A DNA stretch of 64,000 nucleotides from positions 32,001 to 96,000 of IMG/VR virus record IMGVR_UViG_3300046660_000385. One strand, 5' to 3'. The notes under the pieces are model-generated. The model made no database searches. It was not told where the DNA came from and saw only the letters and a program-made list of their open reading frames with translations. A program made the position numbers and the translations under genes. This document shows, in pieces, positions 7,881-17,415 of the stretch; the first letter of the stretch is position 1, and each line of letters begins with the position of its first letter. The stretch is from a virus.

Positions 7881-8341
7881 TCGCGGCACTCCGGGTCGAG
7901 CAGGTGGCGCAGCTGGCGGTAGTCGCTCAGGCTGACGCCCCGCTGGGGGTTGGTCTGGACGAAGCGCGCCGCGAGTTCGGGATGGCCGTCGCAGATCGCC
8001 ACGTCGTCGACGATGGCGAACGTCGTCACCTCGGGATGCTCGGCGAGCCAGGCCGCGATCTCGCTGCCCCGCGTGTCGTAGCTGCCGTGGTCCGGCGTCT
8101 CGTCGATCACCGGCAAGTCCAGCGCCTCGGCAACGACGCCCGGACGGTGGTAGATGCGCCAGGTCGAGGACAGGACGATCACCGTCTCGGTCACACGGCA
8201 CAACCTGCGGATCAGCCCCAGGGCAACGTGGTCGAACTTGGGCATGTCGGCCTCTGAGAAGTCGTGCGGGTAGCCGCCCAGCGCCATGCTGCTGCGGTCG
8301 CTATTGACCACGCCGTCGATGTCGAAGAACAGGACCTTCAT
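7877..8341 (-). CDS. HAD-superfamily phosphatase, Swiss-army-knife RNA-repair type
   Basis: VLFFDIDGVVN (DxD), IVLSSTWR, RGSEIAAWL, FAIVDD. Confidence 0.88.
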   Translation of the reverse strand: MKVLFFDIDGVVNSDRSSMALGGYPHDFSEADMPKFDHVALGLIRRLCRVTETVIVLSSTWRIYHRPGVVAEALDLPVIDETPDHGSYDTRGSEIAAWLAEHPEVTTFAIVDDVAICDGHPELAARFVQTNPQRGVSLSDYRQLRHLLDPECRE

Positions 8342-9246
8342 CGCTGACTCCCGACCAACTGCATGCGCTCGACGAAGTCAGGTCTGGCACGGCAGTACAG
8401 CTGGCCGGTCTGCGCGTCGCGGTACACGACCAGATCGGCATGGTCACGCATGGTGCCCGCGCCCTTGGCCTGGCCGATCAGTTCGTACTCGCCGCCCTTG
8501 CCGATGCAGGTATAGACCAGAGTCGGGTAGGCGTTCAGCCGGCGCGCGATCTCCTGGGCGTGGGCGATCTCGCGCTCGTCCGAGTCGAAGTGGCCGTAGA
8601 CCTCCAGCGCCACAGTGAAGGTGGAATCGCCGGATTGGATCACGATCCGGCCCTGGCCCCAGTGGTCGACCGTCCACGGACCCTTTTCCGTGACAGTCAC
8701 GGATTCAGCGGAAGCGGTGTCGAACCACCAGTCGAACGCCGACAGCAGGTCGTGGGCAGTGAGCTGGAAGCGCACCCGGTCGGGCTGCTCGTGATACTCG
8801 ATCACCTCGCACTGGTTGCCGATGAAGGCGATCGCCTGTTCCGGCGTGCTCGGGATCGCCGGCCTCGCCGCCATGCGCTCGCGCAGCTCCATGCACTCCT
8901 TCGACTTCGACGCGGCGCGGGTCTCGGCCAGGTCGGCACGCAGCTTCTCGGCAGCGAGCTGGCGGTGCAGGGCGGTGATCTCGTCGTCGGCGCTCAGCGC
9001 GGTTCCCCAGCAGGTCCTGTCGATCTCGGCTGCGATCTCGGCGTGGGTCTTGGCAGGGTAGGCCCGCACCATGTTGACGTGAAAGGCAGCGCGCAACTGG
9101 CGCAGCTTCGTCAGCAGCGCCTCGGACACGAACATCGGCGGCACCCTCTCGTCGATCACGCCGGCCTCGACCAGCTCCTGGCGAACCATGTCCATGCAGT
9201 CGGCCATGCCCTGCAGTGTGAGTTCAGTTTCTTTATCGCTATTCAT
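8338..9246 (-). CDS. Mosaic phage accessory protein with coiled coil and DUF1653-like C-terminus
   Basis: Real part of ORF 8338..12012 from MNSDKETEL; C-terminal KGGEYELIG...LVVYRD..TGQLYCR...F. Confidence 0.75.
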   Translation of the reverse strand: MNSDKETELTLQGMADCMDMVRQELVEAGVIDERVPPMFVSEALLTKLRQLRAAFHVNMVRAYPAKTHAEIAAEIDRTCWGTALSADDEITALHRQLAAEKLRADLAETRAASKSKECMELRERMAARPAIPSTPEQAIAFIGNQCEVIEYHEQPDRVRFQLTAHDLLSAFDWWFDTASAESVTVTEKGPWTVDHWGQGRIVIQSGDSTFTVALEVYGHFDSDEREIAHAQEIARRLNAYPTLVYTCIGKGGEYELIGQAKGAGTMRDHADLVVYRDAQTGQLYCRARPDFVERMQLVGSQR

Positions 9247-9252
9247 CACGCC

Positions 9253-9282
9253 AGTTTGTCGCGTGGTGTTACCACCTGTCAA
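9253..9282 (-). promoter_or_regulatory. Putative leftward sigma70 promoter giving a leaderless transcript
   Basis: TTGACA (9282-9277), 18 nt, CAAACT (9258-9253), 6 nt before ATG 9246; no SD. Confidence 0.45.
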
Positions 9283-9300
9283 GACTTTCGGAGACCTCCC

Positions 9301-9573
9301 ATGAAGAAGTTCGTCAAGCCCGTGGCCAAGCCAGAACAGGTGCCGTCGATGAACCCGCCGCCGATGCCGGTCAAGGCTGCGCGTCCGCCGGCGGTGCCGC
9401 CCGTCTCGCCGAAGATCCCGGCCGGTCCGTCGCCGATGGCGCGCCCGCCGGTGCCCAAGACCAGCCGCCAGGTGCCCAGCGTGCCGACCGCCCGCGGCGT
9501 GGTGCGCACCGACACCCACAACCAGGTCAACCAGGTCCCGGCCCACGCCAAGCACAAGGGCCGGGGTGTGTGA
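9301..9573 (+). CDS. Small Pro/Lys-rich protein
   Basis: MKKFVKPVAKP...; GGAG RBS. Confidence 0.65.
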   Translation: MKKFVKPVAKPEQVPSMNPPPMPVKAARPPAVPPVSPKIPAGPSPMARPPVPKTSRQVPSVPTARGVVRTDTHNQVNQVPAHAKHKGRGV

Positions 9574-9690
9574 TGGCCAGCCCGTTCCCCGACAGGCCGT
9601 TCGAGCCGTCCCCGGAATTCCGGGAATGGCTGGACCGCCTGGTGGGGAACGGGCCGCCACCGAAGCCCACGCCGATCCCAGAGGACCCCG

Positions 9691-12249
9691 ATGAGTGACG
9701 ACCGCACGATCCCGAGCTTCTCGACCCGCCTGTGGTCGGAGGAGGTCGGCATGGCCGACCCGAGCGCGAACTTCAACGCGCCGCCGGTGCTCGGCTATAC
9801 GTTCGGCGGCCGCACCCTGACCACCGACGTCAACTCGACCCTGTACAACCAGGTGCCGCAGATCCCGGCCCTGCTGGACGTGCACTTCACCGCCCGCCAG
9901 GCCCAGCGCGTTGCCGCCCTCGCCGAGGTCAGCGAACATATCGCCATCGACGGCGTCGCCGCTACTGGCCAGCGCGGTCAGATCGCCGCCGTGTGGGTGC
10001 CGGTCGACGGCCTCGAGCCGCAGAACGTCGCCGAGGTCGCAACCGGCCAGCGCCAGCTCGCCGCCCTGCTGGGTGGGATCACCAGCGAGAACATCACGAC
10101 CGGCAGCACCGTCACCACCAGCCAGGGCCAGCGCGGCGTCGCCCAGATCGCCATCAATGGCGCCAACCCGCCGGCCGTCGGCACTGCGTCGTCCGGCCAG
10201 CGCCAGTACGCGGCCGCCGTGGTCGCGGTCAACGGCATCCAGCCGGGAAGCGATGCGCCGATCGCCATCGGGGGCGAGATCACCAACTTCAAGCTGGAAA
10301 ACACGTCGACTACGCCGCTCACCAACACGCCGTTCTCGTTCGGCCAGGTATTCGTGGCGGGCCACCTGCCGGCCGCCGGCGCCAACGTCAGCCTGGCGCT
10401 GGCCGACAACACGCCGCTGTCGTGCCAGATCGACGTGAAAGCAACCCACGGCGACGGCTCGGTGCGCCACGCCATCATCAGCGGCATCATCCCGCAGCTG
10501 GCCGCAAGCGCCACCCAGACCGTCACGATCCGCCGCGCAGCACCGGCGCCAGGCCTGCCGGCGGTGTCCCTCCCGCCGTCGCTGCCGTCGGCCACGCTCG
10601 TCATCGCGGGCGCGACCTACACCGCGACCTGCGCGGGAGTCGCCCCCGACACCTGGCTCGCCGGCCCCTGCGCCAGCGACTACGTGTTCAACGTGCCGTT
10701 CACCGGCGCCGGCGGTCCGCACGCGACCCTCATGGCCCAGTTCTCGGTGCGCCGGTTCAGCACCGGCCAGGTGCGGGTCGACGCCGTGCTCGAGCACTGC
10801 AAAGCGTATCTCTCGACCGCCGATATCACCTACGACGTGACGATCGTCGCCAACGGCGCCACCGTCTACAGCAAGACCGGCCTGGTGCACACCCCGGCGG
10901 CGCGCTGGAAGCGCACGTTCTGGTACGGCACGGCCCCGGCCCTGCACATCCGCCACAACACGCCTTACCTGATCGCCAGCCGCCAGATCCCGAACTACGA
11001 CCAGAGCATCACGATCCCCGAGTCGGTGCTGGCCGGCTACGCGACCGACCTGGCCAGCACCAGGTTCGACCCGATGGGCTTCGGCCGCTTTGCCGCCTAC
11101 ATGCCGACCACCGGCGGGCGCGCCGACATCGGCCTGATGCCGGACTCGTATGTCGCCACCGTCCTGTCGATGGACAAGCGCGCCAAGGCGATGATGCTGG
11201 CCAGCGCCGACATCGGCGGCAGCTGGCCGGTCTGCCGGCGCGACGACAGCAGCGGGCCAGGGCGCGGCCTGCCGCTGTCGGTGGTGAACTTCCCGTATTC
11301 CTCGGTGGTCGGCAACCCCGGCGACTGCATCAACCCGGCCACCGGCAAGAACGAGAAACTGCCGATCCTGAGCAGCGCCAGCCAGGGCGTGCCGGACAGC
11401 TCGCACCAGCCGGCCATCTATTACCTGCCGTACCTGCTGACCGGCGACTTCTTCTATCTGGAGGGCCTGCACTTCTACGGCACCTTCAACCACTACCAGG
11501 ACAACCCCTACTACCGCGACTTCGCCAAGGCGCATGTGCGCGCCGACCAGGTGCGCGGACAGGGCTGGAGCATGCGCACGCTGGCCGAGTGTGCGGCGAT
11601 CACCCCGGAAGGGCACCCGCTCAAGTCGCACTTCCAGACCTGGTACACCAATAACATCAGCTGGTTCGTCGCCCGCTACCCGGACGGCAACGACAACACG
11701 CTGGGCATCATCACCAACGGCTACGCGCTGGGCTACACGGTCAACGGCCAGGCCAACACCGGCATGGCGCCGTGGATGGACGACTTCTTCACCCAGGCGA
11801 TCGGCCACGGCATCGAGCTGCTGGGGAATTCGGAAGCGCGCCGCCTGCTGCTGTGGAAGGCGAAATTCCAGCTCGGCCGCCTGCTCGACCCGGCGGTGTG
11901 CATCCAGGATTGCTCCACCTACGCGCTGGGCGTGCGCACCACCTCGACCGCGCCGTTCTTCGCCACGCTGGCCGAGTGCTTCGCGTGGACCGTGCCGGCC
12001 GCCCAGCAGCAATACCCCTGCAACTCGCCGCAGCGCCTGGCCCTGACCCCCGGCCTGCTGCCGGGCGACATCGGCGGCTATCCCGGCTCCACCGAGGGCT
12101 ACGCGGCCGACTACCAGCCGGCCCTGGCCGTCGCCGTCGACAGCGGCTATCCGGGCGGCGCGACCGCCTGGGCCAAGTTCATGGCGCGCCCGACCAAGCC
12201 CGACTACGGCTACGAGCCGCAGTTCGCCATCGTGCCGCGCACCGTCTGA
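9691..12249 (+). CDS. 852-aa protein with N-terminal GQR repeats and a probable carbohydrate-active (YetA/rhamnogalacturonan-lyase-like) body
   Basis: FSFGQVF..G....QIDVKATHGDGSVRHAIISG barrel pattern; MPTTGGRADIG, DSSHQP, QVRGQGW; aromatic-rich helical toroid-like region. Confidence 0.6.
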   Translation: MSDDRTIPSFSTRLWSEEVGMADPSANFNAPPVLGYTFGGRTLTTDVNSTLYNQVPQIPALLDVHFTARQAQRVAALAEVSEHIAIDGVAATGQRGQIAAVWVPVDGLEPQNVAEVATGQRQLAALLGGITSENITTGSTVTTSQGQRGVAQIAINGANPPAVGTASSGQRQYAAAVVAVNGIQPGSDAPIAIGGEITNFKLENTSTTPLTNTPFSFGQVFVAGHLPAAGANVSLALADNTPLSCQIDVKATHGDGSVRHAIISGIIPQLAASATQTVTIRRAAPAPGLPAVSLPPSLPSATLVIAGATYTATCAGVAPDTWLAGPCASDYVFNVPFTGAGGPHATLMAQFSVRRFSTGQVRVDAVLEHCKAYLSTADITYDVTIVANGATVYSKTGLVHTPAARWKRTFWYGTAPALHIRHNTPYLIASRQIPNYDQSITIPESVLAGYATDLASTRFDPMGFGRFAAYMPTTGGRADIGLMPDSYVATVLSMDKRAKAMMLASADIGGSWPVCRRDDSSGPGRGLPLSVVNFPYSSVVGNPGDCINPATGKNEKLPILSSASQGVPDSSHQPAIYYLPYLLTGDFFYLEGLHFYGTFNHYQDNPYYRDFAKAHVRADQVRGQGWSMRTLAECAAITPEGHPLKSHFQTWYTNNISWFVARYPDGNDNTLGIITNGYALGYTVNGQANTGMAPWMDDFFTQAIGHGIELLGNSEARRLLLWKAKFQLGRLLDPAVCIQDCSTYALGVRTTSTAPFFATLAECFAWTVPAAQQQYPCNSPQRLALTPGLLPGDIGGYPGSTEGYAADYQPALAVAVDSGYPGGATAWAKFMARPTKPDYGYEPQFAIVPRTV

Positions 12250-12257
12250 GGCCGTCC

Positions 12258-12416
12258 ATGCAGAACGACCGCGAGAACCTGGTGTACCGCGAGTACCAGG
12301 CGCTGCCCGAGGCGCTGCGCGCCATGTATTCGTTCGACCAGTACCTCTGGCTCTCCGACATCGAGAAGGTCCGCCTGATCCAGAGCGAGACCGAGCCGGA
12401 CAGCTACGACTATTAA
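12258..12416 (+). CDS. Hypothetical phage protein, 52 aa
   Basis: MQNDRENLVYREY...; GAGG RBS. Confidence 0.65.
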   Translation: MQNDRENLVYREYQALPEALRAMYSFDQYLWLSDIEKVRLIQSETEPDSYDY

Positions 12417-12428
12417 ATAGGACACCCC

Positions 12429-12779
12429 ATGAGCAAACTTCTCGTCGGCCTGGACGACAGCGCCATGACGACCTGCGCCAGCGACATGATCCTGGCCAAG
12501 GAGATCGCGGACACCCTGAACACCCACTACCCGGGCCACCTGTGGGCGATCAACGTCGACGGCGGCGTAGCCAACATCCACGACCTGATGCTGTCCGGCC
12601 AGTGGGGCTACCGCCTGCTGCTGACGAACATGTACTCCGCATCGGAACTCAAGAAGGACACGATCCGCGCCGGCGGCGAGATCCTCGAACGGTTCCGCCT
12701 GAGCCGCGGCCAGTTCAACGAGGCCCAGTACACCCAGCTCAAAACCAATTTCGCCGGCGACTTCGTGTTCGACCGCTAA
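12429..12779 (+). CDS. Hypothetical phage protein, 116 aa
   Basis: HYPGHLWAINV...RAGGEILERFRL; AGGA RBS. Confidence 0.8.
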   Translation: MSKLLVGLDDSAMTTCASDMILAKEIADTLNTHYPGHLWAINVDGGVANIHDLMLSGQWGYRLLLTNMYSASELKKDTIRAGGEILERFRLSRGQFNEAQYTQLKTNFAGDFVFDR

Positions 12780-12789
12780 CCGAGGCCCT

Positions 12790-15700
12790 ATGGACGACCA
12801 GACCAAACCCGCTGCCCCAACCGAGGCCCCGCCAGACTGGGTCGCGCTGGCCCGAGACGCATACTCTGCCTCGACCAACTGGTTCGATTCGTCCGTGCGC
12901 GCCCAGATCGAGGGAGACCTGCGCCAGTTCCAGGGCCAGCACCCCAGCGGCAGCAAGTACCTGGCCGACGCCAACAAGGGCCGCTCGAAACTGTTCCGGC
13001 CCAAGACCCGCACCACGATCAGGAAGAACGAGGCCGCCGCGGCCCAGGCCTTCTTCGCCTCCAACGACGTCGTGAAAGTCACGGCCCAGGACGAGGACGA
13101 TCCCGCGCAGATGGCCAGCGCGGCGGTGATGGGCGAGCTGCTGCAGCACCGGCTGACGAAATCCATCCCCTGGTTCCTCACCTTGGTCGGCGCCTACCAG
13201 GACGCCCAGACCGTGGGCGTGGTGGCGTCGTATCAATACTGGCAGTACAACGAGAAGAAGGGCATCGACCGCCCGCAGATCCGCCTGATCCCGATCGAGA
13301 ACCTGCGCTTCGACCCGGGCGCGGACTGGACCGACCCGGTCGGCACCTCGCCGTACGTGATCGAGCTGATCCCGATGTACGTCAAGGACGTCAAGGCGCG
13401 CATGCGCAATGTCGACCCCAAGACCGGCGAGGCGAAGTGGAAAACCCTGCCGGAAGCGACCATCATGGGCGCGACCAAGACCTACGGCGACACCATCCGC
13501 CTGCAGCGCGAGGCCCCGCGCCCCGATTCCAAGTACCAGACCCAGGCCAACAATAATTTCAACGTGGTGTGGGTCCACAAGAACATCGTCGAGGTCGACG
13601 AGGTCGACTACTGCTACTACACGCTCGGCTGCGAACACCTGCTGTCGGACCCGGTGCCGCTGGGCGAGGTCTATTTCCACGGCCGCCGCCCGTATGTCGT
13701 CGGGTCCGCCGTGATCGAGACCCACAAGCTGTACCCGTCGTCGGTGCCGCGCCTGACGAAAGACGTGCAGGCCGAGATCAACGAGGTCGCCAACCAGCGC
13801 ATCGACAACGTCAAGCTGGCGATGAACAAGCGCTATTTCGCGCGCCGCAACAAGCAGGTCGACCTGCGCAGCGTGACGAGGAACGTGCCCGGCTCGGTGA
13901 CGCTGGTGCAGGACATCGACGACGTCAAGGTCGTGGAGTTCAACGACGTCACCGGCTCCTCATATAAAGAGCAGGAAGTCCTGAACCTGGACTTCGACGA
14001 CGTCGCCGGCACCTTCAGCGGCTCCTCGGTGCAGTCGAACAGGAAGCTCAACGAGACCGTCGGCGGCATGCAGATGCTCGACGCCGGCGCCAACCAGGTG
14101 TCCGGCTACCAGCTGCGCACCTTCTGCGAGACCTGGGTCGAGCCGGTCCTGCGCCAGCTGGTGATGCTGGAACAGTATTACGAGACCGACGACGCGCTGC
14201 TGGCCCTGTGCAGCAAGAGCGCGCAGCTGTCCCAGCGCTTCGGCGTCGACCAGATCACGGACGACATGCTGATGAACGAGTTCACTTTGAATGTGAACGT
14301 CGGCATGGGCGCCGTCAACCCGACCGAGCAGGTGCAGCAGTTCATCCAGGGCATGACGGCGCTGGGCAACATGCTGGCCAACGAGGGCCTGGTGAACCTC
14401 GGCATGAACACCGAGGAAGTCGTCAAGGAACTGTTCGGCAAGCTGGGGTACAAGGACGGCGCGCGCTTCTTCAACTTCGACGGCAGCGACCCGCGCATCA
14501 AGCAGCTGCAGGACCAGGTGTCGCAGCTGCAGCAGCAGCTGGCGCAGAAGGTCGACCCGGCCCTCATCGCCGCGCAGATCCGCAAGATCGACGCCGAGGT
14601 GGCCAGCCTGAACGTGAAGGACCGCGTCAGCGCGGCCGACGCCGTCAAGAAGGGCAGCGAGGCGCAGTTCAGCGCGATGCAGACCGCCGAGGTCATCGCC
14701 GCCGTGCCGGGCGTGGCCCCGATCGCCGACGAGCTGATGAAGGCCGCCGGCTACCGCCCGCCGCAGCCGAGCGGGATCGACCCGAACTTCCCGCAGCCGG
14801 GCATGCCCGCCGCTGGCCTGGGGATCGAAGCCGTGAAAAACCGCCGCACCGGCATCGCCTTCCTGCCGGGCCAGGACCCGTCGACCACCGGCCAGCCGAT
14901 GCCGCCGATGCCACCCACCGCCGGGACCGGCGCCCGCGCCGGCATCGAGACCACCCGCCCGGATTCGGCGGGTCCGAGCCTGATCGCGCAGGCGGCCTAC
15001 GCCAACGGCGGCCTGGTCGGCGCGATCCCGGAGGGCCTGGACTACTACGGCCAGCAGCGCGCAGCGGCCAACCTGCTGCGCCGCGGCGGCCAGTTCATCA
15101 ACCCGGACACGATGGAGCGGGACAACCTGGCCAACTACACCGGCTGGCTTGACGACAAGGGCCTGGGCAAGAACGCGCTCAATTCCAGCCTGGTCGGCGA
15201 CCAGATGAAGGGCCTCATCACCGACGACCTGGAGACGAACAGCCTGACCCATAGCCTGATGAGCAACCTGTCGACCACCAACTTCGCCGACGGCGGCCTG
15301 GTCGACCCGAACAACCCGCTGCAGCCGCTGCAGCAGATCTGGAACGGCGCCGCCAACACGATCAACAACGGCGTGCAGCAGGCGGCGAGCCTGCCGGGCC
15401 GTGCGCTGGCCGGCTACGAGCGCCTGTCGAACGAGAACCCGAAGATCAAGCTGGCGCTCGACATGATGCCCTACACCGGCACCGTGACCTCGGCGCTGGA
15501 CGTGGCCAACGACCTGCGCAAGGGCGAGTACGGCGCCGCCGCGGGTGACGCGATCGGCCTGATCCCCGGCTACAAACTGGCCAAGGCGCCGATCCACAGC
15601 GCCGCCCAGCAGGCCATGAAATTCGTCGGCGACAACCGCGGCAAGCTCGACGCCGCGATCAACTCGATCCCCGAGTACGTCGAGAAGATCCAGCGCCAGC

Positions 15701-16035
15701 AGCAAACGCCCCCCGGCTACGCCGACGGCGGCCTGCTGCAGGGTCCGGGCACCGGCACCTCGGACACCATCCCGGCCCTGATCGACGGCGCGCAGCCGGC
15801 CCAGGTGTCGAGCGGCGAGTACGTGATCCCGGCGGCCGTCGTGCAGGTGCTGGGCCAGGACTACCTCGAGGAGCTGGTGATGCAGTTCCACACCCCGGCC
15901 GAGGGCACACCGGGCGCGCCGGCCGACATGGAGCCGATCGGCCTGCAGGGCGGCGACTTCGTCATCCCGGCCGACGTTGTTGACCAGCTGGGCCGCGACT
16001 TCTTCGACAAACTTGTGGAGCACTACAGCGAATGA
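12790..16035 (+). CDS. Portal protein (podovirus type) with ~400-aa C-terminal extension
   Basis: SKLFRPKTR, ENLRFDP, DVQAEINEVANQRIDNV, NETVGGMQML, C-terminal coiled coil; lies upstream of scaffold and capsid. Confidence 0.85.
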   Translation: MDDQTKPAAPTEAPPDWVALARDAYSASTNWFDSSVRAQIEGDLRQFQGQHPSGSKYLADANKGRSKLFRPKTRTTIRKNEAAAAQAFFASNDVVKVTAQDEDDPAQMASAAVMGELLQHRLTKSIPWFLTLVGAYQDAQTVGVVASYQYWQYNEKKGIDRPQIRLIPIENLRFDPGADWTDPVGTSPYVIELIPMYVKDVKARMRNVDPKTGEAKWKTLPEATIMGATKTYGDTIRLQREAPRPDSKYQTQANNNFNVVWVHKNIVEVDEVDYCYYTLGCEHLLSDPVPLGEVYFHGRRPYVVGSAVIETHKLYPSSVPRLTKDVQAEINEVANQRIDNVKLAMNKRYFARRNKQVDLRSVTRNVPGSVTLVQDIDDVKVVEFNDVTGSSYKEQEVLNLDFDDVAGTFSGSSVQSNRKLNETVGGMQMLDAGANQVSGYQLRTFCETWVEPVLRQLVMLEQYYETDDALLALCSKSAQLSQRFGVDQITDDMLMNEFTLNVNVGMGAVNPTEQVQQFIQGMTALGNMLANEGLVNLGMNTEEVVKELFGKLGYKDGARFFNFDGSDPRIKQLQDQVSQLQQQLAQKVDPALIAAQIRKIDAEVASLNVKDRVSAADAVKKGSEAQFSAMQTAEVIAAVPGVAPIADELMKAAGYRPPQPSGIDPNFPQPGMPAAGLGIEAVKNRRTGIAFLPGQDPSTTGQPMPPMPPTAGTGARAGIETTRPDSAGPSLIAQAAYANGGLVGAIPEGLDYYGQQRAAANLLRRGGQFINPDTMERDNLANYTGWLDDKGLGKNALNSSLVGDQMKGLITDDLETNSLTHSLMSNLSTTNFADGGLVDPNNPLQPLQQIWNGAANTINNGVQQAASLPGRALAGYERLSNENPKIKLALDMMPYTGTVTSALDVANDLRKGEYGAAAGDAIGLIPGYKLAKAPIHSAAQQAMKFVGDNRGKLDAAINSIPEYVEKIQRQQQTPPGYADGGLLQGPGTGTSDTIPALIDGAQPAQVSSGEYVIPAAVVQVLGQDYLEELVMQFHTPAEGTPGAPADMEPIGLQGGDFVIPADVVDQLGRDFFDKLVEHYSE

Positions 16036-16343
16036 GCATGATCGAGATCGACTTCTCGCAGTTCCCCCCGGAGGTGCGCCAGCTGCTGCACACCGTGCAG
16101 TTCGGCCTGGACGTGAAAGCGTTCATGGACGGCGCCGTCGGCCAGTACCTGATCGGCCGCGCCGAGCAGGAGCGACACGCCGCGCTCGAAATGCTGGCCG
16201 ACGCCGAGGCCAGCGACGTCAACTACGTGCGCGAACTGCAGATGATCGTGCGCCGCGCCGCCAGCTTCACCGAGTGGCTGGAAGAAGCGCGCCTTGCCGG
16301 CCAGGCCGCCGAGGCCGAGCTGGCCAGCCAGGAGGGCGAATGA
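16032..16343 (+). CDS. Conserved portal-downstream protein
   Basis: ATGA overlap with portal. Confidence 0.8.
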   Translation: MSMIEIDFSQFPPEVRQLLHTVQFGLDVKAFMDGAVGQYLIGRAEQERHAALEMLADAEASDVNYVRELQMIVRRAASFTEWLEEARLAGQAAEAELASQEGE

Positions 16344-16615
16344 TGCTGAGCGAGGATCTTGACCGCATCCTGGATGGCGACGACGCCATGCTGCTGGAAC
16401 CGCGCGACCTGTTCGACGCCTGCGTGATCGGCATCGCCGAGCGCATCAACCTGCGCGTGGCCGCGTACGACGTGGCCAAGGTGCTGCAGGTCCTGATGGA
16501 CCACCACGGCATGGACGAGGAGGAAGCCGAGGAATACTTCGACTTCAACATCGCCGGCAGCTGGGTCGGCGAGGGTTCGCCGGTGTTCGTCCACCAGTTC
16601 GGCGAGGACGACTGA
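16340..16615 (+). CDS. Hypothetical phage protein (GMDEEEAEEYFDFNIAGSWVGEGSPVFV)
   Basis: ATGA overlap; motif familiar from phage proteins. Confidence 0.8.
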   Translation: MMLSEDLDRILDGDDAMLLEPRDLFDACVIGIAERINLRVAAYDVAKVLQVLMDHHGMDEEEAEEYFDFNIAGSWVGEGSPVFVHQFGEDD

Positions 16616-16890
16616 TGGAAGGCCGCAAGGACGACGGCGGCAAGCTGCGCTACGAGCTGCTGCCAATGGCCCCCATCGACGAGGTCGTGCGCGTATTGAC
16701 GTTCGGCGCGCAGAAGTACGCCGACGACAACTGGCGGCATGTACCGGACGGCGAGGACCGCTACTACGCCGCCGCCATGCGCCACCTGTCGGCCTGGCGC
16801 CAGGGCGAGAACATCGACCCGGAAACCGGCCGCTCGCACCTGGCCCACGCGGCCTGCTGCCTCGTGTTCCTGATGGAGCTGCACGAGTGA
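16615..16890 (+). CDS. dATP/dGTP diphosphohydrolase-domain protein (DUF5664-like)
   Basis: KDDGGKLRYELLP, FGAQKY..DNWR, YYAAAMRHL, DPETGRSHLAHAACC. Confidence 0.88.
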   Translation: MEGRKDDGGKLRYELLPMAPIDEVVRVLTFGAQKYADDNWRHVPDGEDRYYAAAMRHLSAWRQGENIDPETGRSHLAHAACCLVFLMELHE

Positions 16891-17114
16891 AAACCATCAT
16901 CCACGTCCACCAGCAGAAGATCCGCGCCAACATCGGCAAGCCGGCCGCCGAGCAGGAACCGCCGCTGACCGTGAAAACCTACAAATCGAACGACTACGCG
17001 TTCGAGGTCGAGATCCTCGGCCCGTCGCGCGTCGTGTACTCCCCGGACAAGCCGTTGTCCTGCGGCGCGCGCGTGTGGATAGAAGCGCAGGGCGAGGTCA
17101 GGATCGTTCGCTAA
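16887..17114 (+). CDS. Hypothetical phage protein, 75 aa
   Basis: IIHVHQQKIRAN...YSPDKPLSCGARVWIE; GTGA overlap. Confidence 0.8.
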   Translation: MKTIIHVHQQKIRANIGKPAAEQEPPLTVKTYKSNDYAFEVEILGPSRVVYSPDKPLSCGARVWIEAQGEVRIVR

Positions 17115-17118
17115 AGCG

Positions 17119-17415
17119 TCAGCGTGCGAGGACGTCGCGCGGGTCGATGCCCTGGTCGCTCAGGCGCTTGTACCGGCTGGCGACGGCGCGCGCGTCCGCG
17201 ATGCTCCATGACCGCACGTCGCCAATGGTGATGCGCAGCTGGATTCTCGGCGTGACGCGCCGCACCTTCGTCTCGAAGATGAACGACTTGGCGCCGCCGC
17301 GCGTCACCCGGACGCCCAGGCCCGGACAGGCGCCGTCCCAGTAGAGCGTCTGGTCCTTGCCCTCGGCGCACTCGAACGACGCGATCAGATCAACTGTGAG
17401 TTCGGGCCACTGCAT
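17119..17415 (-). CDS. Stand-alone integrase arm-type DNA-binding domain
   Basis: LYWD...PGLGVRVT.GGAKSFIF...RITIG....SIADAR..A.......QGIDPR; no catalytic domain. Confidence 0.8.
   Translation of the reverse strand: MQWPELTVDLIASFECAEGKDQTLYWDGACPGLGVRVTRGGAKSFIFETKVRRVTPRIQLRITIGDVRSWSIADARAVASRYKRLSDQGIDPRDVLAR

Noticed and set aside
9247-12012. N-terminal ~920 aa of the 1224-aa minus ORF 8338..12012
   Set aside because: Shadow of the plus-strand genes; only the part from MNSDKETEL (9246) looks protein-like
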